A DNA stretch of 64,000 nt from a virus (IMGVR_UViG_3300031519_008340:23898-87897); one strand, 5' to 3'; shown: positions 1-9,322, numbered from the stretch's first letter. Numbers and translations: made by a program. The notes: a model not told the origin generated them from the letters alone.

Positions 1-302
1 TGGCGCATGGCTTCTATTGCAAGTTTTCTTACAGTATCGTCTGGAACACCTATGTAACTCATAAATGTTCTCATCTTTTGAGTAAGTCTTCTTCCACTCA
101 CGTAACTAGCCTTAAAGCCACAGTTAAAACAATGATAAGACACAGTACCGTCTGCACTGGTCATTATTCCGCCACGTTTTTTCTTGTCTTGTGATTCTCC
201 ATTATGTATACAACATGGAGCATTGAAAGCAATCCAACCAGAAGGAGTTTTCTTTCGGCCCGCAGGCAACGATGTCAGAATAGTAGACTGTATCAGGTTC
301 AT
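1..302 (-). CDS. gp61: DNA primase (T4 gp61-like), N-terminal zinc-binding domain; runs off the window edge
   Basis: Not in the ORF track; translated by hand from ATG at 302: MNLIQSTILTSLPAGRKKTPSGWIAFNAPCCIHNGESQDKKKRGG...SYHCFNCGFKASY. The CC-x-H...HCFNCG Zn ribbon is typical of phage primases. Confidence 0.8.
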   Translation of the reverse strand, partial: MNLIQSTILTSLPAGRKKTPSGWIAFNAPCCIHNGESQDKKKRGGIMTSADGTVSYHCFNCGFKASYVSGRRLTQKMRTFMSYIGVPDDTVRKLAIEAMR

Positions 303-309
303 AGTCTAT

Positions 310-338
310 ATTTTAATGTCTATAAAGTATTTTGTCAA
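310..338 (-). promoter_or_regulatory. Sigma70-type early promoter for primase
   Basis: Minus strand TTGACA (338-333), 17 nt spacer, TAAAAT (315-310), 7 nt, then ATG at 302. Confidence 0.8.
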
Positions 339-1119
339 CTATGCCGGTATTACCAGAAGCATTATCCCAAGTAAATTTTACAAATTGGTAAACGCCATTA
401 AAATTGTAATATTTTACTCCGGAAGTTGGAAGATCAGTGATTGTAGAAACAGTAAAGAAATCTGTTGTTGATGGAGTAGTATCCATTGTTGCTAAAACTT
501 TTAATGTGCCGCTAAAGCCCTGGGTGTAAACTGCAAATGTGTGTAAAGCGTCATTATTGTTTTGTCCTGGAAAAGATTGGATTGTACCATTGCTAACATA
601 TTTTAATGGATATTGATTAGGACTTGTTTGAGCTGTAAATGAATTTATTTCAACACTTGGATTAAATTGTGGAAATCCGCCATCTGCTAATTCAGCAGAC
701 CCGGCAGAATTGTACCCTGTATCAGAGTAGGTTACTTGATAATATGTGCTTGAACCATCAGATAAAACCTCCCTCACACTATAATCATAAAACTGAGAAT
801 CTAGTGATAGTAGGTCGCCATCTGTAATGTTAACAGAAGCAGTGCCCTTTGAAGCAAACGTAGATCCATCATCTAATGTGGTCATAGTTCTTGTAAGAAC
901 TGCTTTTTTGCTGTTTCTGTCTATTAAAGCAAATTCAAAAGTTTTTGATGTAATACTCTGGGCTTTCTGATCCTCATTCTTAAATGTGAATGTCACAGGA
1001 TTAGTTGCTCCTCTAAACAATTTTAAACGTCTGTCGTACACTTTAGAATTTCTCCCGTGATAACCATTTATGTAGGCTATTACCAAATTTGTAAGTAAAT
1101 ACCTTTGTACTGTTTGCAT
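313..1119 (-). CDS. Probable virion structural protein (BppU-like/Ig-like beta-rich)
   Basis: 268-aa Thr/Ser-rich, beta-strand-like ORF (NPVTFTFKNEDQKAQSIT); TAAATA late motif 6 nt upstream of the ATG. Confidence 0.5.
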   Translation of the reverse strand: MQTVQRYLLTNLVIAYINGYHGRNSKVYDRRLKLFRGATNPVTFTFKNEDQKAQSITSKTFEFALIDRNSKKAVLTRTMTTLDDGSTFASKGTASVNITDGDLLSLDSQFYDYSVREVLSDGSSTYYQVTYSDTGYNSAGSAELADGGFPQFNPSVEINSFTAQTSPNQYPLKYVSNGTIQSFPGQNNNDALHTFAVYTQGFSGTLKVLATMDTTPSTTDFFTVSTITDLPTSGVKYYNFNGVYQFVKFTWDNASGNTGIVDKILYRH

Positions 1120-1141
1120 ATAGCATATTTAACAGTATTTA

Positions 1142-1525
1142 TTGAATAGCATGAACGAAGTTTTTGAAACATTAGGCAAGAAATTTCCATTCTTATCGTT
1201 AGTAAGAAAGGGTGATCTAGAATTTATAGGTATAATTGCCAACCAAGACAACCAAGTCACTAGTTTCTACGATTATGGCAGAATAATGATGCCTGAAGAT
1301 AAAATGAAGTATCTCAAACTTGGAGAAACATGGTGGTGGGAATCAAATAGAAAAATCCCAATTAATATTTTTTTAAAAGGGGATTGGAAGTATTTCAAAT
1401 CAATATTGATTTCTTTATCAACCAAAGACATAGAAATTGTGCATGGTCCTTGTGTGCGATTAAGTGATATTGCCAAAAAACGTGTGAAACGTAGAACTAT
1501 TCAACTAGTTAGAAGACCTATTTAA
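1142..1525 (+). CDS. Hypothetical protein
   Basis: 127-aa ORF (TTG start; ATG alternative at 1151) with protein-like composition (WWWESNRKIPINIFL); fills the gap between two minus-strand genes. Confidence 0.7.
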   Translation: MNSMNEVFETLGKKFPFLSLVRKGDLEFIGIIANQDNQVTSFYDYGRIMMPEDKMKYLKLGETWWWESNRKIPINIFLKGDWKYFKSILISLSTKDIEIVHGPCVRLSDIAKKRVKRRTIQLVRRPI

Positions 1526-1790
1526 TATACCGCAAAAAAAAAGCACGATAACCACCGTGCCATTTAATTTCAACTTTTTTCTTTTTCCAAATAGTTTGCC
1601 ATTCGGGCAAGCAATTGGCTACCCATAACTTTATTTCAAATTCCGGATCCACCTTACATTTTATAGGTCTTCTTGTTTTGCGAACAAGATCAAGCTGTCT
1701 GGCTAATTCAACGCCGTAGTTCCAATCATTAGGTAGGTCTGCTGTGTGAAATTTTGGTTTTTTAGTGAGATTTTTTTTCCGGTTGTACAC
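1518..1790 (-). CDS. Hypothetical basic protein
   Basis: 90-aa ORF, GTG start, overlaps the 3' end of the mini-DnaE gene by 29 nt. Confidence 0.5.
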   Translation of the reverse strand: MYNRKKNLTKKPKFHTADLPNDWNYGVELARQLDLVRKTRRPIKCKVDPEFEIKLWVANCLPEWQTIWKKKKVEIKWHGGYRAFFLRYIK

Positions 1791-2361
1791 TAAAAGTATA
1801 TTTACCTGCGAGGATTAAATTCATCTGAACTACAATTGCTTGAGCATATGCAACAGCGTGAGACTTCTTAAAAAAATAACTTCCGTCAGTAGGCTTAACC
1901 CATACTTCCTTCATTATGTCGTCCCAACTCTTGTTAACTAATTGCCTTTTTGCAGGCCGTATTATAGCCAATACCGCGGCAAGTTGTTCTATGCTGGTTG
2001 GTTGTAGTTTTGATATAATGCTGAAATGTCCATTTAAATGAAACAGTTCATCAACATAACATCTTTCATTTAGTATACGCCAATCTGGTTCTTTAATCAT
2101 TAATTTAACTAACTCTTGTTCACTTTTTACGTTTTTGTAGATACTAACATTTAAACAGTCAATTTTGAAATATCCACGATCCTCGGCTTTTTTATAATCA
2201 AGACTTGCATGACCGGTAACAGGATTAGTTGGAATATTGTGAAAGTATACTCCTGTTTTATGTTTTTCAGTTTTATCTTCTTTTATTATAGTTGCTGGAG
2301 TATGTTGAAATAATTTTAAAACTTTATCTCTATCTACAAAGTCTATGTCTACATCAGGCAT
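1762..2361 (-). CDS. Minimal DNA polymerase III alpha (DnaE, family C)-like catalytic core
   Basis: Collinear DnaE motifs: MPDVDIDF (PDxDxD), KHKTGV, GYFKIDCL (third Asp), LFHL, KLQPTSIEQLAAVLAIIRP, YFFKKSHAVAYA; only 199 aa. Confidence 0.85.
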   Translation of the reverse strand: MPDVDIDFVDRDKVLKLFQHTPATIIKEDKTEKHKTGVYFHNIPTNPVTGHASLDYKKAEDRGYFKIDCLNVSIYKNVKSEQELVKLMIKEPDWRILNERCYVDELFHLNGHFSIISKLQPTSIEQLAAVLAIIRPAKRQLVNKSWDDIMKEVWVKPTDGSYFFKKSHAVAYAQAIVVQMNLILAGKYTFSVQPEKKSH

Positions 2362-2585
2362 TAGTGTAATTTTTTCTTGTTGCGTTTAATAAAATCTTTT
2401 TTGGTTCCTGGCTTTAACAACTCAAGCACTTCTAACATTTTTTTATATCCTTTTGTCTGCTGAATTTCCGGCGACATTTCTGGCAGTATCACTTTGCCAA
2501 TTGATCCATCTTTTTTGATCACGACAACACTGTCTCCAATTTCCATGTCTAAAGTATCATCAATCTCAATATTAATTCTACTCAA
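2361..2585 (-). CDS. Hypothetical protein
   Basis: ORF track gives 2361..2669; the likely start is TTG at 2585, overlapping the upstream stop. Its stop overlaps the mini-DnaE ATG (TAATG). Confidence 0.6.
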   Translation of the reverse strand: MSRINIEIDDTLDMEIGDSVVVIKKDGSIGKVILPEMSPEIQQTKGYKKMLEVLELLKPGTKKDFIKRNKKKLH

Positions 2586-3264
2586 TGTGTGCCTCCTTTG
2601 CAGTTTCTTGTACAAACAAATAATCTGCTGGATAATTTTTAAATTTATTTCGCCAAAATGCTGGATCAATATAAGTTTGTATCATTTGTAATTGTTCGTC
2701 AGTAAACGATTTTAACATTTTTTTACCTGCTTCACAACCTAGCACTATCCATGGCGATATTTTTCCTGATTGTATGTGCTGTACACTTCTGCTGGTATTA
2801 ACCAAACGAAAGTAATCAGACCATTGTACATTTTGTTCCTGTGCCCAATCCATCATTGTTGCAATTGATCTTCTTAGTGCGGCTTCTACAGGTTCAGTCT
2901 TAAGTGTATCCTTTAAGTATTGTTCATACAAATCATCTCTGCTCCAGTGGTCCAGTTTTACTTTTGAAAGTATTACGTAGTCAATATATTTTTCTGGATA
3001 CAAAGGACCAGTGTGCATCATGTAACGACCAAATTTGACAAAAGCATTGTAGTAAGAACTGTTGCAGAAGTCATCATATGTTTTTGTTTTTGTATGCCGT
3101 TGATGTATTTCATAAAATCTTTGAAAAACAATAAATCCGTTTTGCACCCATTTCTCATCTTTTTGTAGATGTCTTCTTTTTGGTTCACACATATGCACTT
3201 GTAAAGTTCTCTCTCTTTGAAAACTTTTATTACAGTAAGTGCATTTAAAACTATTCGATACCAT
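2578..3264 (-). CDS. Zn-finger protein, possible gp59-like helicase loader
   Basis: N-terminal C-x2-C...H-x-C (FKCTYCNKSFQRERTLQVHMC). The C-terminal HIQSGKISPWIVL resembles the remembered T4 gp59 segment LLQSNIISFETFIL. Lies in the replication cluster. Confidence 0.45.
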   Translation of the reverse strand: MVSNSFKCTYCNKSFQRERTLQVHMCEPKRRHLQKDEKWVQNGFIVFQRFYEIHQRHTKTKTYDDFCNSSYYNAFVKFGRYMMHTGPLYPEKYIDYVILSKVKLDHWSRDDLYEQYLKDTLKTEPVEAALRRSIATMMDWAQEQNVQWSDYFRLVNTSRSVQHIQSGKISPWIVLGCEAGKKMLKSFTDEQLQMIQTYIDPAFWRNKFKNYPADYLFVQETAKEAHIE

Positions 3265-3703
3265 GTGCCTCTAATAATTCTTCAAGCTCTCTATCAGTTA
3301 TAATTTTATCTAGCGTCTCTAGATCTTTTTCTTTTGCTGTAGGAAATATTAATTGTAGTTGCTTTAAACTTTTATTTGGCACACGCTTCATTGGTTTTAT
3401 CCATGGATGAAATTGCTGTTTTAAGCCACCACACATTGCAGTCAACATCCAGCACATTTTTTTGTGTTTGCTAGATAATGTGAACAAGTGTTTGTTAACG
3501 CATTCGTTAATCATTTCAACATAGTGTTCTTGATAAAACTTATCTCCTGAAACACTAGAAGCATATCGCATGATCATATAAGGACTGTATAAAGATCTTT
3601 CTTTGTCGTCAATACGATCCCAATAATCTTTGTTCCTGTAATCGATTGCCTTCAAGCCATTTCTTAACTCGAAAAATTTTCTATTTGTACTCTTTGCCTT
3701 CAT
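3251..3703 (-). CDS. gp62: Clamp loader small subunit (gp62-like)
   Basis: YSPYMIMRYAS...MINECVNKHLFTL...HKKMCW...QQFHPWIK pattern typical of T4-like gp62. Confidence 0.7.
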   Translation of the reverse strand: MKAKSTNRKFFELRNGLKAIDYRNKDYWDRIDDKERSLYSPYMIMRYASSVSGDKFYQEHYVEMINECVNKHLFTLSSKHKKMCWMLTAMCGGLKQQFHPWIKPMKRVPNKSLKQLQLIFPTAKEKDLETLDKIITDRELEELLEAHGIE

Positions 3704-3944
3704 ATATTAACCTAAATTTTGTTGCGTGTTTGTAATCTTTAAATCCTATTTTTACATACTGATGCATAAATTTTATTGTTGTTAGTTCTATTTTATACTC
3801 TTTAATTGTATCAAGCAAGTTTGGAAAAAAATCTTTTTCCATCCATACCGGCTCTTTTATATTTTTTCCTGTGTCAAGCATCATTACTGGTGCTTTTACT
3901 TTGACAAATTTGCTGTTTAATTTTTTTTTAGAAGCATTGACCAT
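3681..3944 (-). CDS. Hypothetical protein
   Basis: 87-aa ORF overlapping both neighbours in the operon. Confidence 0.6.
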   Translation of the reverse strand: MVNASKKKLNSKFVKVKAPVMMLDTGKNIKEPVWMEKDFFPNLLDTIKEYKIELTTIKFMHQYVKIGFKDYKHATKFRLIYEGKEYK

Positions 3945-4431
3945 AGTCTAATTGCTCACATTGTCTCGAGATGTCTTTTACAAAATATGCACACTGAGGA
4001 TCTGGACCATCGGATAACGGCACTGCTAATAACTGTCCTGCTTTAATTTTTGGAAAGTACCACTTAACTTCTGTGTAAATGTCAACTATATCCACATTTA
4101 AAAATTCTGGATGTCCACCAGTTAGTGGGTTGAATAAGAAAGCATCAAAGCCTCGGTCATTCAAACTTGTAATTGGCAAAACATGAAGTTCTCCTTGTTC
4201 TGCTTCACCTATGACCATTTTCCAATCAAGAGGCATTGAAATTTTATATTTGCCAATTTGTAAAACTGCCGCTGGTGCGTTAAAACTTTCTAAAAATATT
4301 AGAGGTATGTAAAAGTAGTCAGGATTGGTTGGATCTGAATTATCTAATACAGCAAACCGCATTTTTTCATCAACCCACTCAGGTATTTTTTCTAGTTTGT
4401 ATGTTTCGTTATCCAGTGAAAGAATTTTCAT
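3928..4431 (-). CDS. Hypothetical protein
   Basis: 167-aa ORF directly downstream of uvsW; no recognised motif. Confidence 0.75.
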   Translation of the reverse strand: MKILSLDNETYKLEKIPEWVDEKMRFAVLDNSDPTNPDYFYIPLIFLESFNAPAAVLQIGKYKISMPLDWKMVIGEAEQGELHVLPITSLNDRGFDAFLFNPLTGGHPEFLNVDIVDIYTEVKWYFPKIKAGQLLAVPLSDGPDPQCAYFVKDISRQCEQLDYGQCF

Positions 4432-5875
4432 AATTTATCTTTTCTATATTATACGGGTAATTTGCCTCTTTGTAAAACTTTTTTCTTTGTGTTAGGTGTC
4501 TTTTTGCAAATTTGCAACTGCTTGTTATATCCCATATTTCTACGTGATCCTTGTCTTTTGCTTTTCTTATACCACGTCCTATTGATTGAATTACTCGTAC
4601 AAATGATTTTCCTGGTTCTATGAGAACAAGATTAAAAATACGAGGAATATTAATGCCAACACTGGCAACTCCATATGTGGCAATAATAATTTTATTCGTT
4701 GCTGTAGATACTTCATCATATTGTTCCTTTCTGTCGGGGTTTTTGGTTGATCCTGATATAAAAACTGAGCCAGGTAATTTTTTCTTTAGGGTTTCACCTG
4801 CACTTATTCTATCAACAAGTATAAGGGTGTTTCCTGCACTTGATATTGATTTAATAGTTTGTGCAACAAAAGACATTCTCCGATCATCAGTTGTAAGCCA
4901 TTTTAGTTCTTCTTGATAGTTTGTAAACATTTTTGTTTCAATTGTTTGTATAATATTAACATTACAATTGGCAAGTACACCTTTGTCTTGCAGTGTCTTG
5001 GCCGCAATTTTGTTAACTACTTCGCCGATGGAACATTTGATTCCCATAAATTCAAAATCTGCTTTTGGCACTGTGCCTGTAAGGCCCCAACGTATACCAC
5101 AATGTGCAAAAGGCCCGGTCAACATTCTTTTTAAAACATCTGCTTTAGCCATGTGTACTTCATCGATTATAATTGTATTAATACCTTTTATTGCTTCTAA
5201 AAAATCTGCTGTGTGATCGTCTTTGCTTTTCTTTTCTAGTATATTCAATGATTGCCAAGTGGCAATTGTGTTGTATCTGCCTAATTCTTTTCTATCACCG
5301 TAATAAACACCTGTGTCTAAATTACAAGCAACAAAGTCTTCTTCTGTTTGTGTAACTAGACTTTTGTTTGGAACAATAGTAAGTGTTCGACCATATGGTT
5401 CGACTAACTGGCACAGTGCCGCTGTAATAATGGTCTTGCCTGCACCAGTTGCGATCTCTTGAATACATTGTGGATTCTCAATAAATTTATTAATTGTTTC
5501 AACTTGATAATCTCTTAACACAATTGGTTGTCCATCACATGGGTGTCCTTTGGGCCAGTTTATATTACTGAGATAATCTTTATCTATTTTATTAAACTCA
5601 AAATTGTGTTTTGTTCTTTGATCTTCAAAATCAACATACACTCCGCCGTCTTCTAGAATTGGCAAAATTTGATCAACCAGGCTCAAATAAGTTGTGCCTC
5701 CTAGTCCAAAAAATGCAATCTTGCCATCCCATCGTCCAAGTTTTACTGCTGGTAAATGTCTTGCATATGGAACTTCATATTTAAATTTGTTGGAAAGTCT
5801 TTTACGCCATTCCAAGGATAAATTTTCAAATTTAACGTTTACTTCGTCTTTGATTACTAGTTTGCATGAACTCAT
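4409..5875 (-). CDS. uvsW: UvsW-like SF2 DNA helicase
   Basis: Q motif LRDYQ, Walker A ATGAGKT, DEVH, motif III GLTGT, motif VI QSIGRGIR. Likely start ATG 5875 (track starts at 5902). Confidence 0.92.
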   Translation of the reverse strand: MSSCKLVIKDEVNVKFENLSLEWRKRLSNKFKYEVPYARHLPAVKLGRWDGKIAFFGLGGTTYLSLVDQILPILEDGGVYVDFEDQRTKHNFEFNKIDKDYLSNINWPKGHPCDGQPIVLRDYQVETINKFIENPQCIQEIATGAGKTIITAALCQLVEPYGRTLTIVPNKSLVTQTEEDFVACNLDTGVYYGDRKELGRYNTIATWQSLNILEKKSKDDHTADFLEAIKGINTIIIDEVHMAKADVLKRMLTGPFAHCGIRWGLTGTVPKADFEFMGIKCSIGEVVNKIAAKTLQDKGVLANCNVNIIQTIETKMFTNYQEELKWLTTDDRRMSFVAQTIKSISSAGNTLILVDRISAGETLKKKLPGSVFISGSTKNPDRKEQYDEVSTATNKIIIATYGVASVGINIPRIFNLVLIEPGKSFVRVIQSIGRGIRKAKDKDHVEIWDITSSCKFAKRHLTQRKKFYKEANYPYNIEKINYENSFTG

Positions 5876-7218
5876 AGTTTTTTTATAGCACGATCCTTCC
5901 ACTGGTAACTTAAAGGTTGTGATGTACTATAATACAACTTTTTTGGAAGATTATCAAGTAGTCTTTTCATTCTTTCTCCGCCTGTATGGTAAAATCCTCC
6001 ACCTATTGCAGTAAGCGAACACTTAAATTTAATATTTGCACGCATTAGTGATCTAGTTAATTTATTCCTTACAAAATAAACTTTAGTGTGTTGGTCTATT
6101 GTTTTAAAACTTTTACTCATTTGATATAAGTCGTAGGCATTTTGCCATACTGAATCTGCCATTTTATAAGGTTTGTTTTGTAAACCACCCTGATCAAGTT
6201 TTGTTGCCCATTTTTCGTCACTGTTTTTGTCTTTCCATTTTTTTGGTTCTTTTAATTCAAAACTAAAACCAAAGTTTTTACCTTCGTCAAATCCGTGCTT
6301 TTTAAAACATTCGAACCAGTCGTGCATGTCTATTGTATCTTCTATATTGTCTGTTATATCTCCAGACACAGGCATTACTAAAGGAAAACAATTTAGTTCT
6401 AATAGTCCTGCAACAATATTATCACGAGTGTATGTGTTTTTATCTATCCACAATGCAGTATTGTTGTTGTGAGCAATTTTATTTGCAATTTGTGTGTTTG
6501 AGTTTACTTCAATGGCACCCTGTTCAATTGCAAAGTTTTTTAAACTATCAAGTTGTAAAATTGTTTTTTGATCTGCAAAATTCGTATTCCAGTAATCTAA
6601 TAATTGGCCATTTACATTTTTCAAAACAATCTTGTTGTTTTTAATTGTTGCATCTGGTTTTTTATATTGTATTTTTAATTTTTTAATTTCTTCGTATTCT
6701 TCTATTAAATTTTCATCTGTAAAAGTAAAGTCATATCTAATACCTATAAGTGTTACGTAGTATGCAGTCACATCTGATTTGGTCACTGTCCAAGTTTTAT
6801 TTTCTCCATCGTACAAAAAATATCCTTCAGGCAAGTTTTTGCCTTTTAAGGTACGTATTAAAGTAACTAACTTTTTGTTATAAGGAAATTTCATAATTAA
6901 TTTTTCGCCATCATCATCCAATTCAGATTCTATAGTTTTTGCAGAATTTATTATTCTAAATGGATGTGCAAATTTTGGGTCATCAGTTAATGATTTAAGG
7001 TCTATGCCATACTTTAAAAATTTTGTAAGGTATCTTTTAACAAAAAAAGTTGCTAATTTTGCCTGTCTTTCTGTCCATGGATATTGTGCTTCGGCTAATG
7101 ATGTTATTGTTTTACGGTCCATGCTGTGAGGAGCCACTGACCCTATGGTCCACGCCCATTCATTATAGGCTAGTATTTTAATTGCTTCGTTAATGGTTTT
7201 TGGCATGTTGTCAGTCAT
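5872..7218 (-). CDS. Hypothetical protein with a possible HARP-like segment
   Basis: 448-aa ORF, first gene behind the sigma70 promoter at 7260-7287; contains MKFPYNKKLVTLIRTLKG...YDGENKTWTV. Confidence 0.7.
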   Translation of the reverse strand: MTDNMPKTINEAIKILAYNEWAWTIGSVAPHSMDRKTITSLAEAQYPWTERQAKLATFFVKRYLTKFLKYGIDLKSLTDDPKFAHPFRIINSAKTIESELDDDGEKLIMKFPYNKKLVTLIRTLKGKNLPEGYFLYDGENKTWTVTKSDVTAYYVTLIGIRYDFTFTDENLIEEYEEIKKLKIQYKKPDATIKNNKIVLKNVNGQLLDYWNTNFADQKTILQLDSLKNFAIEQGAIEVNSNTQIANKIAHNNNTALWIDKNTYTRDNIVAGLLELNCFPLVMPVSGDITDNIEDTIDMHDWFECFKKHGFDEGKNFGFSFELKEPKKWKDKNSDEKWATKLDQGGLQNKPYKMADSVWQNAYDLYQMSKSFKTIDQHTKVYFVRNKLTRSLMRANIKFKCSLTAIGGGFYHTGGERMKRLLDNLPKKLYYSTSQPLSYQWKDRAIKKL

Positions 7219-7259
7219 ATAGTGGTGTTATATTAAACTCCGTTATTACGATAATTACT

Positions 7260-7287
7260 AGTATAACACAACTGGTAAACTTGTCAA
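7260..7287 (-). promoter_or_regulatory. Sigma70-type early promoter of the helicase/replication operon
   Basis: Minus strand TTGACA (7287-7282), 16 nt spacer, TATACT (7265-7260) with an extended TGn. Confidence 0.7.
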
Positions 7288-7292
7288 TTGAT

Positions 7293-7760
7293 ATGAAGAA
7301 AAAACTTAAAAATACTAGAAGATCAATCAAATTTAGAGTGAAGAATGCTCTAAAAAAGAGACAACATATAAAGATATACAGACCAACTTTACCAGTAACA
7401 CAGAGCTGGTTTAGAACCCTTAACAGGGGCCTTTTTAGTGGTAGACTAGTTGAACCTGAACTGTTTGTTAAACGACTTGTAGGCGATTGGGGCAGATGTG
7501 TTGCTAATTGGGACAATAGGAAAGCAAGAAGAGGAACCTATGACCAAAGAGTTATTCCATATGCAAAAGCAGATATAGAATATAGATTAGAACTGCATTG
7601 CAAATTTCCAAATTGGAAAGACTTTATTGAAACACTAGCTCATGAAATGGTGCACTTATATCAAATGCAGGTCATGGAAGATCCTTATTCAAATCACAAT
7701 CACAACTTTTACAGTTTTAGATCTAGATTTAAACAGTTTGGTTTAACACTGTATCGTTAA
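7293..7760 (+). CDS. SprT-like zinc metalloprotease
   Basis: FIETLAHEMVHLYQM (HExxH) followed by NHNHNF. ATG at 7293 (track starts at 7200). Confidence 0.75.
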   Translation: MKKKLKNTRRSIKFRVKNALKKRQHIKIYRPTLPVTQSWFRTLNRGLFSGRLVEPELFVKRLVGDWGRCVANWDNRKARRGTYDQRVIPYAKADIEYRLELHCKFPNWKDFIETLAHEMVHLYQMQVMEDPYSNHNHNFYSFRSRFKQFGLTLYR

Positions 7761-8460
7761 ATTCTTTGTAAGAAATAGTTTTACTGTTTCCTAAATCTGT
7801 ACCTGTTTGTAAATTATTTAAAAATTCAGGTGGATTGTCATGTACTATTGTAAAATTGCAATAAGGTCTTTGTTTTATAAATCTTCTAAATTGTTTTAAC
7901 CATCCATCAAAAATTGCATCGTCGTGCCTCTCTCCGTAATTAGAAGTATCCTGGTATATGTTGTTTAATTTGTCTTTGCCATATTCTCTAAAGTCAAAAC
8001 CTAAGAGATATAAATTTTTATGTCCGTGGACTGTAGCGGTCCAAATTGCTTGATTGCCTGATATTACGTGTGGGTTGTTAGGTATTAGGTGTAACATTTT
8101 TTTACTGTATCTTCTATTCACTTCCAAAGAAGGCGCATAATGAATACATTTTTTTCCAACTTCATTTTGACACATTTCTAATGTAATTTTTGAATCAACA
8201 CTAAAGATAAAATCTGGAATAAAATCTCTGTATAATGCATTACAGCCGTAAGTTTGTCCGGTATTTTTTAACTTGCTTAGATCAAACTTTTTCCTAGAAG
8301 GTCCATTTCCTATTATGTAAGCGTGTCCTCTTGGCACAGCATTTACCTTATCTTTAACAAACTCTTTTTCAAAGACACGTTCTCCTTTCTTTATTATTGT
8401 GTTAAGAATTATAGTTTCTCCTTTATAAGGAGTCCATTCGATAGGTTCAATTTTTTCCAT
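7729..8460 (-). CDS. Maf/DUF115/GT42-like putative glycosyltransferase
   Basis: YIIGNGPSR...TYGCNALYRDF.PDFIFSVD...LYLLGFDF motifs; paralog of 59562..60188. Confidence 0.6.
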   Translation of the reverse strand: MEKIEPIEWTPYKGETIILNTIIKKGERVFEKEFVKDKVNAVPRGHAYIIGNGPSRKKFDLSKLKNTGQTYGCNALYRDFIPDFIFSVDSKITLEMCQNEVGKKCIHYAPSLEVNRRYSKKMLHLIPNNPHVISGNQAIWTATVHGHKNLYLLGFDFREYGKDKLNNIYQDTSNYGERHDDAIFDGWLKQFRRFIKQRPYCNFTIVHDNPPEFLNNLQTGTDLGNSKTISYKEFNDTVLNQTV

Positions 8461-9322
8461 CTAAATATTTTTCCTTTATTCGATTACGTATTCTTTCCCA
8501 TGGTGTGCCTTCTTTAATTTCGTCAGTCCACCATTCTGTGTATGCTAATTCTTGTGTCCACAACTCTCTGTCAGGAATAAGTGGTCTTGACATAGTTGAG
8601 TAATCTGGATTGCCAACATTGTATGACAAACTTGATTTAGAAACAAATACAGGTACACCGTTGAATACTGATTGCATAGCAGGATTTGAACTATGGTTTA
8701 CAACTGCCCATGCATTGTCCAATTGTTTTACAAAGTCTGTATCATCATAGGTGTTTGTGTCTCTTCTTGGCATTTGTGTTTCAACTCCAGCCATTTTAAT
8801 TGAAATAGGATTTCTTGGGTGTGGTCTAATTATAATTTTTTTGTCAGTTACCTTTTTAATTGCTGTGACTTGTTCTAGTAACCAGTTGTTCATCTTTGGA
8901 AGGTCACGCCACTGTTCACTGCTGTCATGTTGTCCACAAATTATTATATTGTCACCTCTGCGTTTCCAGGGTTTTAAGTCAATGTTAAACTTTTTCCATC
9001 TTGACTCAAAGTGTGGAGCAACTGCAAAATCAGCATCACGATTCACACCGTTAATTCCAATCTTCCAGGTAAAATTTCTTTTGATACCACCAACCTCTAA
9101 AACCACTACAGGTTTTTTAAGTGCTTGAAATTCTTTCCAAATTTGTAAGTTGTTACGCATTCTACCCTGCCATAACACACTCCATATGACGGCAACATCT
9201 GTATTGTGATCGTGCTTATTAATTTGGAAATCTTCATTTTTATTTTTTAAATTTTCAATGAAAGCATCAAACACAGGTTTTGAATTTAAACTTCCGTATG
9301 CTGGAAAAACACTTATCTTCAT
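8447..9322 (-). CDS. KpsS/KpsC-like (capsule synthesis family) glycosyltransferase, paralog 1
   Basis: IIIRPHPRN, VVNHSSNPAMQSVFNGVPVF, C-terminal LAYTEW...EIKEG. Confidence 0.6.
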   Translation of the reverse strand: MKISVFPAYGSLNSKPVFDAFIENLKNKNEDFQINKHDHNTDVAVIWSVLWQGRMRNNLQIWKEFQALKKPVVVLEVGGIKRNFTWKIGINGVNRDADFAVAPHFESRWKKFNIDLKPWKRRGDNIIICGQHDSSEQWRDLPKMNNWLLEQVTAIKKVTDKKIIIRPHPRNPISIKMAGVETQMPRRDTNTYDDTDFVKQLDNAWAVVNHSSNPAMQSVFNGVPVFVSKSSLSYNVGNPDYSTMSRPLIPDRELWTQELAYTEWWTDEIKEGTPWERIRNRIKEKYLDGKN

